Positions 22,862-33,686 of a DNA stretch of 33,686 nucleotides are shown here, piece after piece. This DNA comes from Catajapyx aquilonaris. Taxonomy: Eukaryota. Location: assembly GCA_000934665.2 (NCBI GenBank), contig JYFJ02007101.1, positions 1-33,686 on the forward strand, in the 5' to 3' direction. The first letter of the stretch is position 1. Every line of letters starts with the position of its first letter. The position numbers were made by a program, and so were the translations under genes. The notes under the pieces were generated by a model. It worked only from the letters and a program-made list of their open reading frames with translations. It did no database searches and had not been told where the DNA came from.

Positions 22862-25741
22862 TCACACAAAAGCAGGATCTTTGGCATGCACTGCCATGTG
22901 CCTGTCCAATACATGCTTGCGCGGAAACCCTTTGCAGCACACGATGCAGGAAAAGGGTGTTTCTCCCGTGTGAGTTTGCATGTGCCGGTCCAAGTCATAC
23001 TTGCTTCTAAACCCCTTTCTACACTCAGTGCACGAAAATGGTTTTTCTCCCGTGTGAGTTCGCATGTGCTGGTCCAAGTGGCACTGTCGTTTAAACCCCC
23101 TTCCACACTCCAGGCACAAAAAGGGTTTTTCTCCGGTATGAGTTCGCATGTGCTTGTTCAAGTCTGACTTTTGTCTAGACCCTTTTCCACACACCGTACA
23201 TGAAAACAGCACTTCTCCAGCAGTGTGAGAAAACATGTGGCTATCCAATTGGCACTTTTGCTCAAACGTCATTTCACATACCCTGCAAGAGTATGTGTGG
23301 GTTTTCAAATGATTCTCAAACAGTTCCTTTCGATAGAAGCCCGGATTGCACACGTCACAAAAAAATTTCCTTTCACCGTGCACCTTGCTGTGCAGAGATA
23401 AATTCCTTTTATACTTGACAGATTTGTTGCCGATCATGCACTGGTGTGGTCCTTCATTTGCGTGGACCCACATGTGAGACTTTAATTGGCAACCCGTTTT
23501 AAACAACTTCAAGCATATGTTACAAGAAAAGACTTTCTCATTTACATTATTGCTCTCTGGATTGTCCAACCACCGTGCTTCTTCAGGTGCGGAGAATCCA
23601 GAAGGCAGCCCTCCTGTGGCATCGATTCCAGTTGGCGGTTCATCCTCCCGAAAGAAGCCAACATACTGTATATTAGACCACATTGCTTTACGACTAAGAG
23701 TCTTTCATGCATGACTCTTTAAGATGCGATTAAGTTTAAACAACTTCAGGCATACCTGACATGAAAAATCTTCCTGATCGTATGAGTTGTGTTGCACATT
23801 CAGCACTACGTCAGGCTCCATCATGACAAAGGGCTGCTCTTCCATGCTGCTTCCTTCTTGCGGATCCTCCTGAAAATATCAGTCATGTACTGTATGCAGT
23901 TATTAGCATGCAAACATGAATGCCACAAGTCCTTCCTTCACACCTCAATAATGAAGACGGCTACGAATTTGCCTCCTTCTGTATGAGTCGTTGGTATTGT
24001 CATTATTAGTTATTATAAAAATGCTGACAAACATAATTGTCTTGGCTTGTTGATTTACTAAGGTCATAAGAGCGAAATGTAAGATTTTTTTACAAAAGCA
24101 GAGAGGCTGTGAAAGTCCCACGCCAATCAAGCAAATATATTTTTACAAATCACCTGTGCAAATCAATATGATTTGGCATATAAAAAACGTCTGGTAACAG
24201 TAACTAGTGCAGAAATTATTGTTAATAATATTTGTTGCAAAAGTACGAAGACTGTCTCATTCGACGAGCTACTGTGCAAACATTAATTTACGGTATTTGA
24301 CGGCATATAAGACGCTCCCCCACTTCAGCAGTTCATATTCAGGAAAAAAAAAAAGTTCTTAAGTGTATTTTCCCACATAAGATGCAAGCCAATTTTTTGG
24401 GCAATTTTTTGGGGGGAAAAGTGTGTCTTATATGCCATCAAATATGGTAATTAAAATTACAGCGAACAGTAACTATACATATTGGGCATCATTGCCAGAT
24501 AATAAAAATAACTAATGTCTCTGCCAGCGTATTTATCAATCGTGAAGTTAACAACCTGCATTTCTAGGCACTGTAAATAGAGGAAATTAACTGTGCTGCA
24601 AATATTATTAGCAACCAATTGTAATTTTGAGAAGCTGATAAATGGTCACTATAATTTTAGCTGATGACCAATCAGTGTCCAATCGAACAAGGAAGTAAAT
24701 TTCCCAAGCATTTCTAACAAGCCCATAAATTTGCATGGAATAAAATCAGTATATTCACCTTGTATGTAATTCCTTGGCTCACGTTAAGAAGTCCTCCTGG
24801 TGGTTGTTGCTCCAAGATATTGTCGCCTGTTTGCATGGCAGTGCTGCAAGAAGGCTGGCTCTCTTCATTCCCTGGCACCGGAGGCGTCCAGCCCGGAACC
24901 TGCGAAAGGTTAACGTAAAATATATTTTTGACAACACGTGCTTCAAGAGCTTGTTGCCAGTGCTTCATGCTTTGCAGACTAATTCTAAACGCAGGCAGAT
25001 CATGCTCGCAAACCAGATTGTACCTGATGCGAAGTGCAATCGGGAGATTTCCAGGACGGTTGGCAAACATGATTCTCACTCGCACTCTCTTCCTCCCAGT
25101 CCTCCTGCGAAAATGAGCATCGTAGTGTCTGACTGATGTAAAATTATACAAACGTGACGCACAATTTACCTCGCCATGAGGCTGTTGCTTAACAGTGGTG
25201 TCGCCAGGGATGGCCTGCTCCTCCTCCGCAGCCTGTTGCGACTCCCACTGGTCCTCAACCTCCACTTTGACGCACCTCACCAGCACTTCTTCTTGCGGCT
25301 GTTCTGCCGGCAACTCCTGACAGTGAGCTTCACTTGCAGGCGGCTCTGGAATTGAGCTGTACAGCGTTGATCCTACTCAATGCAAAGAGTACATGTCAAT
25401 GCAAGGCTTTCTTTAATGCGCTTGTGTTGAAGGGATGACCCACCGTCCCTCATCCCCGTGGCGTCTGCTGCTGTCCCACCACCAGCGGCGGCCTCCCTCC
25501 TCCTCCTCCGGCCGGCCATCCCTTCCCATGGTGGCCCTTCCCCCGCCCAGAGGAGGTCCTCCAGCTTCCCCAGCAGCCTCCTCTCCATCTCCTCCATCCG
25601 GACCTCCATCTGGCCCAGCAGCTTCCAGGACACCTGGTCCCACCTGGACACCAGCCCTTCCAGGAGGAGCCTGTTCCCCTCCACCGCGCCCAGCACCAGC
25701 CCCACACTGCCGACCATCTCCTGCTGGCCCATCGTCTCCAT
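22862..25741 (-). CDS. C2H2 ZnF gene unit F (8 fingers; finger 2 has Cys>Gly), possibly pseudogenising
   Basis: Exons 25741-25444, 25372-25170, 25104-25024, 24899-24759, 23869-23756 and 23647-22862 are all open. The E6 acceptor is CGG instead of CAG (23650-23648), and the upstream conserved block is replaced from about 25795. Confidence 0.6.
24291..24447. mobile_element. pogo/Tigger-like MITE copy
   Basis: TA|CGGTATTTGACGGCATATAAGACGC ... GTGTCTTATATGCCATCAAATATGG|TA. Confidence 0.75.
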
Positions 25742-26416
25742 CGCTCTCAATTAGTATAAATGCCCTAATTAATAATTATAGCCGATTAATTAATAACGTG
25801 AAACGACGGACCGGACCGTGCTGAGGAACTGGCCGATTCTTTTCCACTGGACAGGTATACATAGGCTTTTAACCTATAGGGCGGGTTATTATTGCGTCCT
25901 GAGCTATAAATTCAAGGTTTGACCATGACTTTCACATACTTTGATGCTTTTTGGTAAACAAAGAGCCGAAGCCAAGAGAATTCGGCCTTTTGTGGAAGCC
26001 ATCTCAAGTCAGGGACATTGAAAATAGCCCTTATTGGGAGTTCTGGTAAAGGAGAGCCCATAAAAATTAGACGCGGCTACCTTTTTCCACCACCGACCCT
26101 TCCTTTGTAACGGGATCCCCTCAACATGGGGGTGAAAAAGTAGGGAATGACCTTCCAAGATTGAGACATTCATATTTTAGAAACTGGGTCGCATGTCAAT
26201 GGAAATTTATAAGGTCACTGACATCCGAGAGAGAATTGCCTGATTCCTTGGGCGCTCTTTTTTTTTTCCTTCTTCTTCATTTTTGCGATATTTAAATGTT
26301 GCCTGCCTTCATGCTGAAAGTAGGCTCATATTTCGCCAGATTTTGGAATTTTTATTGGAAATAAATAAGGAAGTGTTTGCCGATAAGACAAAAAATCTAT
26401 GTAGAGAGTAGCCCTA

Positions 26417-26443
26417 CTCTTCTTCTTCTTCTTCTTCTTCTTC

Positions 26444-26477
<34 letters not shown>

Positions 26478-26487
26478 TACTACTTCT
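26417..26487. repeat. Compound trinucleotide microsatellite (CTT)n(ATT)n(ACT)n
   Basis: Directly visible. Confidence 0.95.
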
Positions 26488-26911
26488 TACCCAACAACAT
26501 TGGGTTGGGAAGACATTATTTTTGCGGAAAAAAAATTGGCCGGGATTTTAGACTATGCAGTTTTTGACTTATGACAATATTTTCCTTCGGTTTTACAGAA
26601 AACATTCTCCGCAGGCTCAGAGGCGGAGATGTACTGAACCGATTATCAAAATCCTCGTCGGCTTGTTCATCATTTTCAGGCGCTTGCAATTCCTGAAGTA
26701 GTTGCCTAGCCAACTTTTCCTTCGCAGATCTGTCGAGCTTCTCAACTTCTTGAAGCAAAATTGGCTGATTCGCTTTCCGATCCCTAGTTCGCAATTAAAG
26801 TCGGTTTAACGATGCCACTTTAAATAATCAGAAATTAACTTACCAATTATCAACAATTTCATGCCCAAACAGGCCGAGCTTTCCCATGTAATCTGCGCAA
26901 ACATTAATTTA

Positions 26912-27062
26912 TCGTATTGGATGGCTCATAAGACGCACCCCCATTTCAGCAGGACATATTCAATAAAGAAGTACTTGGTATATTTTTGGATATAACAAGC
27001 AGGGCGATTTCTTGAGCAATTTTTGGGGGAAAAAAGTCTCTCTTATATGCCGTCAAATACGG
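26912..27062. mobile_element. pogo/Tigger-like MITE copy
   Basis: Paralog of 2106-2260. Right TIR TCTTATATGCCGTCAAATACGG|TA. Confidence 0.7.
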
Positions 27063-28044
27063 TAATTAAAATTGCAGTGGGCATCATTGCCAGATAATCA
27101 AAATAAATGATGGCTCTGCCAGCCTTCCGGGGCATATTTATCAGTCGTGAAATTAACAACCTGCATTTCTATGCTCTGTAAATAGAGAAAAGTAACTGTG
27201 CTACAAATATATTAGCAACAAATTGTAATTTTAAGAAGGCTAAAAATACTACTTAAAATGAAACTTCCAAAGAACAAGCCTTGCTGTCCACTACAACCTT
27301 CCATTTATTTGTTCCAAGTACAAAATAGTTTTGGTCCGACCACGGATCACTGTGGTTACAAAACGACACTGCCGCTCCATTGATAACCTTACCCTAGTAA
27401 AAAAAATAAAAAATAAAATAAAATAAAAATTGAGGTCATAAGAAATTCATCCAGAAAGTACATTTTCAATTGTCCACGTACACTATAGTCTTTTACTGGA
27501 CAGAAACATTGGTTTTTAAGAACTTACGATAAGCCCATCAAATGTTTCATCCAAACACGTTTTCCGAGCAGCTGATGTGACAGCATTAGAACCAACAAAA
27601 TGCAAAAACAGCAGGTAATACTGCGTCCTACGTACAATACCAATTGTAGACACAGGGTGTTAAAAAAACCAAAGATTATAATTATATTATATTATTTCTA
27701 AAATTGCAACTGCTGAACAGAGGCACCTGCCGCAACAATGGAGAAGATGAGTCAACCCAGAGGACATTTTAAATGCTTGACTCGGACAAGTTCTGTGCCA
27801 ATGACTTCATTACTTCCCATGGCAGCAATTAGCAAGTTAAATTAAGGAGGGGAAACACTTGAAACAAAGGAGAATATGGCATTTGGAAGATGCAACAAAT
27901 ATCTCTTGACTGGTTTGATGAGCATACGTATGTGGCCAACTATGAATCGGGTCATACTTTCCACAGTCCTTGCACCACACAAAGGTGGTCCTGCATGTGC
28001 TGCTGCAAAACGGATTTTTCAGTGAAGCCTTTCTTACAGAGTAT

Positions 28045-31000
28045 TCACACAAGAGCCAGATCTCTGGCATGCACTGCCATGTGACTGTTCAATACATGCT
28101 TGTACGCAAACCCTTTGCAGCACACCTTACAAGAAAGGGGCCTTTCTCCCGTGTGAGTTCGCATGTGGACAACCAAGTTCGACTTTTCTGTAAACCCCTT
28201 CCCACACTCAGTGCAAGAGAAGGGTTTTTCTCCAGTGTGAGTTCGCATGTGCTTGTCCAAGTGAGACTTGCACGTAAACCTCTTTCCGCACTCAGTGCAT
28301 GAAGAGGGTTTTACACTCGTATGAGTTCGCATGTGCTGGTCCAAGTTGGACTTTCGTCTAAACCTTTTCCCACATACAGTAGAAGAAAAAGGCACTTCTC
28401 CAGTGTGAGAAGACATGTGGCTTTCCAATAGGCACTTTTGCTCAAACGTCTTTGCACATACCCTGCAAGAGTATGTGTGGGTTTTCAAATGCCTCCCCAA
28501 CAGGTCCTTTCGATAGAAGCCCCTATTGCAGACGTCACAAAAATATTTCCTTTCACCGTGCACCTCACTGTGCAGAGTCAAATTCCTTTTATACTTGAAT
28601 GATTTCTCGCAGATCATGCACTGGTGTGGTCCTTCATTTGGGTGGACCCTCCTGTGCCACTTCAATTGGCGATCAGTTTTAAACAACTTCAGGCATACGT
28701 TACAAGAAAAGACTTTCTCATTTACATTAGCACTCTCGTGATTGTCCAACCGCTGTGCTTCTTCATGTGCTGAGAATCTATAAGGCAGCCCTCCTGCAGT
28801 ATAGATTCCAGTTGGCGGCTCATCCTCCTGAAAGAAGCCAACATACTACATATTAGATCACACTGCTGTACGACTACATAGAGTCTTTCATGCATGACTT
28901 TTTAAGATGCGATTCAGTTTAAACAACTTCAGGCATACCTGACATGAAAACTCTTCCTGATCGTATGAGTTGTGTTGCACATTCAGCACTGTCTCATGCT
29001 CCATCTTGACAAACAGCTGCTCTTCCATGCTGTTGCTTCCTTCTTGCGGATCCTCCTGAAAATATCAGTCATGAACAGTACGCACTCATCCGCATGCAAA
29101 AGTGAATGCCACAAACGTCCTTCCTTCACACCTCAATAATGAAGACGGCTATGAATTTACATCCTTCTGTATGAGTCGTTGGCAATGTCATTATTTTATT
29201 ATAAAATTACTGATGAACAGTATTGTCTTGGCTTGTTGATTAACAAAGGTCATAAGACCGAAAGGTAAGATTTTTTACAAAAGCAGAGAGGCTGTGAAAC
29301 TCCCATGACAATCGAGCAAAAAATTTTTACAAATCACCTGCGAAAATGAAAATGATTTGGCATTTAATAAATTTGGCATTTAATAAATGTCTGGGTAACA
29401 GTAATGAGAGCGAAAATTATTGCTAATAATATTTGTTGCAAAAGTACTAAGACTGTCTAATTCGACGAGCTTGATTGAATATGTGCAAATATTAATTTGA
29501 AGTATTTGACGGCACATAAGAAGCATCCCCATTTCAGCAGGGCATATTCAGGGAAAAAAAGTTCTTGCGTTAGTATATTTTCGCATATAAGAAGCAGGGC
29601 GATTTCTTGAGCAATTATGAACTCGAGTGCTTGAGCATGTATGATTCGCTATTATGCTCGCTTCCTACGAAAGGTTAACGTAAAATATATTTTCGACAAC
29701 ACATGCTTCTAGAGCTAATTTGTCTTATTCTTAAGAGTCCTTTCTACCCAGACAGCCTGAGAAAGCTGACTTTTTCCCCCTCTGGATTCCAAATTCGAAG
29801 CTATCCAGTGTTCACAGGGGAAATTATTTGGCCTCCGAGAAGTGTAAAAAAAAAATCATTTTGCCGCATAACGTAGGCAACTACTCAAAAAATGACACTT
29901 TCCTGTGTTCTTGCGATAAAATTTACACAATGAAGATAGGCAAACAACTCGCATATCTGTTACCGTGATTTACACAAGCTTCTAACGATGAATAAGGTTA
30001 TTTTTTGGAGCATTTTCCTGGAAGTTATTTAGTCAAACATAGGGGTCAATATTTTTAAAAATGGATAGTAGGCAGTTGTCTATAGAGCGGCAGATTTCAA
30101 GGGGCGGCAAATTGAGTGGGAGATATGTTTGAGTCCGGGTCAAGTTAGGCCATTTCCCATAAGGATTTGCTCTGCTGATGTGTGGTTGCCTATCTACAGA
30201 TGCTACTTGTAATTTTATCAGATTTACGGGCTATTACATATCCCTAATGGCGTAAATGCATGATGTAATACTTGTTTCAAATGTGAAATTGCCTGCCCTT
30301 TTCGGCAAAAAAAATTTCATTTTTTAACAGCTGCACAAATCACTGGTAAAAAGTGATATTTTTGCAAACAAATGTAATTTCAAAATGAGAGCCAAAGTCA
30401 AATGGCATCACATTGGCATCAAAATGCGGTCCAAAGTGTCCTCTACCTGTGATACAAACGACATTTTGGAAGGAATTATTAGAAGTCGGTGTCAAATTAC
30501 GGAAGAAAATTGTAGACTACAGAGGTCTGTTTTCCGAGGCGAAACTCGGGGGTAGAAAGGACACTTTATGTAATACATGTGCTTGTTGCCAGTGCGTCAT
30601 GCTTTCCAGACTAATTCTAAACGCAAGCCGTCTTAGCAGATCATGCTCGCAAACCAGATTGTACCTGATGCGACGAGACATCATGAGATCCCCAGGATGG
30701 TTGGAGCATATGATCCTCACCCGCACTCTCTTCCTTCCAGTCCTCCTGTGACAAGAAGTATCGTAGTGTCTGATATCACGTTATACCTAAGGTGACGCAC
30801 AATTTACCTCGCCATGAGGCTGTTGCTTAACAGTGGTGTCGGCAGAGATGTACTGCTCCTCCTCCGCAGCCTGTTGCGACTCCCACTGGTCCTCAACCTC
30901 CACTTTGACGCACCTCACAGGCACTTCTTCTTGCGGCTGTTCTGCCGGCATCTCCTGACAGTGGGCTTCACATGCAGGCGGCTCTGGAATTGTGCGGTAC

Positions 31001-31357
31001 AGCGTTGATCCTACGCAGTGCAAACGGGACATATCAATTAAATGCGCTTGTGTTGCTGTGAAGGGACCCACCGTCCCTCCCCGTGGTGGCTGCTGTCCCA
31101 CCACCAGCGGCGGCCTCCCTCCTCCTCCTCCGGCCGGCCATCCCTTCCCATGGCGGCCCTTCCCCCCGGAGGAGGTCCTCCACCTTCTCCAGCAGCCTCC
31201 TCTCCATCTCCTCCATCCGGCCCTCCATCTGGCCCAGCAGCTTCCAGGACACCTGGTCCCACCTGGACACCAGCCCTTCCAGGAGGAGCCTGTTCCCCTC
31301 CACCGCGCCCAGCACCAGCCCCACACTGCCGACCATCTCCTCCTGGCCCATCTCCAT
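28045..31357 (-). CDS. C2H2 ZnF gene unit G (about 489 aa if the E4 remnant is skipped; 8 fingers; finger 5 has Cys>Ser)
   Basis: Exons 31357-31072, 31010-30808, 30745-30665, 29055-28939, 28827-28045. Only the acceptor and first codons of E4 remain, at 29664. Confidence 0.75.
29735..30564. mobile_element. Kolobok-like element, longest copy (intron 3 of unit G)
   Basis: TTAA|GAGTCCTTTCTACCC ... GGGTAGAAAGGACAC|TTTA; 14/15 TIR match. Right-end remnants in unit A (to 3092) and unit C (to about 7929). Confidence 0.65.
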
Positions 31358-31519
31358 CCCTCTCAATTAGTAATGCGCCCTAATTAATAATTATAGCCGA
31401 TTAATTAATGGCTCCTGGAGAAAAGAGAGAGAGAGAGAAAATGTCTGGAGATTTCACTAGTTCAATGAGGTGCCGAGTGGCGGCAGCACTTGACATGCAG
31501 GGTTTGGCCTCTCCAATTT

Positions 31520-31561
31520 GGACCAAACATGGCGGACAGTGTATGTCGCCATGTTTGGTCC
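31520..31561. promoter_or_regulatory. Perfect 15-bp inverted repeat with paired YY1/Pho-like motifs (unit G)
   Basis: GGACCAAACATGGCG-N12-CGCCATGTTTGGTCC. Confidence 0.5.
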
Positions 31562-31669
31562 GGAAAAGGTTTGGCGGTCGAATTTATTTCATTTCATCTA
31601 TTATACTTACTATTTACAATAATTAGTCACTAATAGGAGTTCTTAACACGGCGTGTTCCCATAGACATC

Positions 31670-31830
31670 AAGACATGTGGCTGTCCAGTTGGTACTTACG
31701 CTGAAATGTCTCTTCACATTTCGAGCAAGAGTATGCGTGGATTTTCATATGATCTTTCTAATAGATCTTTTCGATGGCCTTATCGCACAAGTCACAAAAA
31801 AAAATTGCCTAACACCATGCACCGCACTGT
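31670..31830 (-). pseudogene. Diverged, frameshifted ZnF exon fragment (end of finger 2 to finger 4)
   Basis: Reads approximately SAVHGVRQFF..CDLCDK..RKDLLE..HMKIHAYSCSKCEETFQRKYQLDSHMS, with indels. Confidence 0.75.
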
Positions 31831-32302
31831 AATTTATGGACACAATTTATTCGTTCCAAGTACAAATTAGTTTCGGTCGGACCACAAACCATTGTGATTA
31901 CAAAACAACAATGCTGGTACACTAGTTTAAAAAATTTGAGGTCATAAGAAGCTCATACATAGAAAGTAATTACATAAGACAGGGGGAGGAGGGAGTCTTC
32001 AATTGTGTACATGCACTGCCTGGAATTGCCTGGAATTGACTCGGCCAAGTTCTGTGCCAATGACTTCATTACTTCCCATGGCAGCAATTAGCAAGTTAAA
32101 TGAACGGGGGGAAAACTTGAAACAAAAGAGAATATGGCACTTGGAAGATGCAACAAACATCTCTTGACTGGTTTGATGAGCATACGTATGTGGCCAACTA
32201 TGAATCGGGTCATACTTTCCACAGTCCTTGCACCACACAAGGGTGGTCCTGCATGTGATGCTGCAAAACGGATTTTTCAGTGAAGCCTTTCTTACACAGT
32301 AT

Positions 32303-33307
32303 TCACACAAAAGCGGGAGCTTGTGCATGCACTGCCATGTGCCTGTCCAATACATGCTTGTGTGCAAACCCTTTGCAGCACACGATGCAGGAAAAGGGCC
32401 TTTCTCCCGTGTGAGTTCGCATGTGATAGTCCAAGCTGGACTTCCATCTAAACCCTTTTCCACACTCAGTGCACGAAAATGGTTTTCCTCCCATATGAGT
32501 TCGCATGTGCTGGTCCAAGTGGCACTTTTGTCCAAATCGCCTTCCACACTCCAGGCAAGAAAAGGGTTTTTCTCCAGTATGAGTTCGCATGTGCTTGTCC
32601 AAGCCATACTTTTGTCTAAACCCTTTTCTGCATACAGTACATGAAAACAGCACTTTGTGAGAAGACATATGTGGCTATCCAATTGGCACTTTTGCTCAAA
32701 CGTCATTAATTTCACGTACCCTGCAAGAGCATGTGTGGGTTTTCAAATGATTCTCAAACAGTTCCTTTCCATAGAAGCCCTGATTGCACACTTCACAAAA
32801 AAATTCCGTTTCACCATGCACCTTGCTGTGCAGAGTCGTATTCCTTTTATACTTGAAAGATTTGTTGCCGATCATGCACTGGTGTGGTCCTTCATTTGCG
32901 TGGACCCACATGTGAGACTTTAATTGGCAACCCGTTTTAAACAACTTCAAGCATATGTTACAAGAAAAGACTTTCTCATTTACATTATTGCTCTCTGGAT
33001 TGTCCAAACACTGTGCTTCTTCATGTGCGGATAATCCAGAAGGCAGCCCTCCTGCGGTATTGATTCCAGTTGGCGGTTCATCCTCCTGAAAGAAGCCAAC
33101 ATACTGTATATTAGAACACACTGCTTTACGACTAAGAGTCCTTCATGCATGACTTTTTAAGATGCGATTAAGTTTAAACAACTTCAGGTTTACCTGACAT
33201 GAAAACTCTTCCTGATCGTATGAGTTGTGTTGCACATTCAGCACTACGTCAGGCTCCATCATGCCAAATAGCTGCTCTTCCATGCTGCTTCCGTCTTGCG
33301 GATCCTC
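32303..33307 (-). pseudogene. Unit H: E5 (33307-33194) and a frameshifted E6 (33085-32303, 8 fingers); upstream exons not in the window
   Basis: A +4 insertion near 32708 and a +2 insertion near 32668 disrupt finger 4, with a stop at 32698-32696 between them. Confidence 0.75.
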
Positions 33308-33453
33308 CTGAAAATATCAGTCATGAACTGTATGCAGTTATTCGCATGCAAAAATGAATGCCACAACTCCTTCCTTCACACCTCAATAATGAAGACGGCT
33401 ACGAATTTGCATCCTTCTGTATGAGTCATTGGTATTGTCATTATTAGTTATTA

Positions 33454-33686
33454 CTAGCAGGTTACCCGGCGTTGCCCGGGTATGTTGGGGTGCTGGTAAA
33501 GATAGGGGTACATATCTGTGATTGATTACCTGCTTGTCTTATAGCGTACAGTCGACACGGATATTCTGATTGGATGTGTAAAAGGAGGAATGCGGATGGA
33601 GTTGGCCCAGGAAAAGACTGCACAGCCATGTGTTTTTTCCCCTGCATTTTTGACCTCTTGACCCCCCCCCCCTTAACCCCACTTCA
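33454..33686 (-). mobile_element. Helitron 3' end (runs out of the window)
   Basis: A|CTAGCAGGTTACCCGGCGTTGCCCGGGTA gives a CTAG terminus plus a perfect 7-bp hairpin at 33463-33482. Paralogous empty site TAGTTATTA|TAAAAATG at about 24015. Confidence 0.85.

Noticed and set aside
397..33085. PRDM9, ZAD-, BTB- or KRAB-ZnF identity
   Set aside because: No SET, C4-ZAD, BTB or KRAB motifs are visible, so no gene symbol was assigned.

Overview
This is eukaryotic DNA, probably from an insect (judged from the SINE style and 60-80 nt introns). It holds a tandem cluster of paralogous C2H2 zinc-finger (ZnF) genes, all on the minus strand, in units of about 5 kb. From GT/AG sites and phases that hold across copies I reconstruct a 6-coding-exon model. 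E1 is a GC-rich exon encoding a nearly invariant helical N-terminal domain that I cannot assign to KRAB, ZAD, BTB or SCAN. E2-E5 are acidic linker exons, and E6 is a single exon with 7-10 fingers. There are 6 copies of E1 and 8 ZnF exons (A-H, left to right), plus remnants. Units C, E and G look intact. A is truncated by a nonsense codon, F has lost its E6 acceptor and upstream region, and H is frameshifted. B and D are orphan ZnF exons, and the unit at 11.9-14.2 kb has lost its fingers. Finger number and base-contacting residues vary strongly while E1 is nearly constant. The shared stop codon sits at the first Cys of a further in-frame finger. Paralogous empty sites define several insertions exactly: two Helitrons, a SINE with a 16-bp TSD and a mariner MITE. 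A second SINE, an ancestral pogo/Tigger-like MITE and a TTAA-flanked Kolobok-like element are also present. All gene models were read by eye and have no transcript support.
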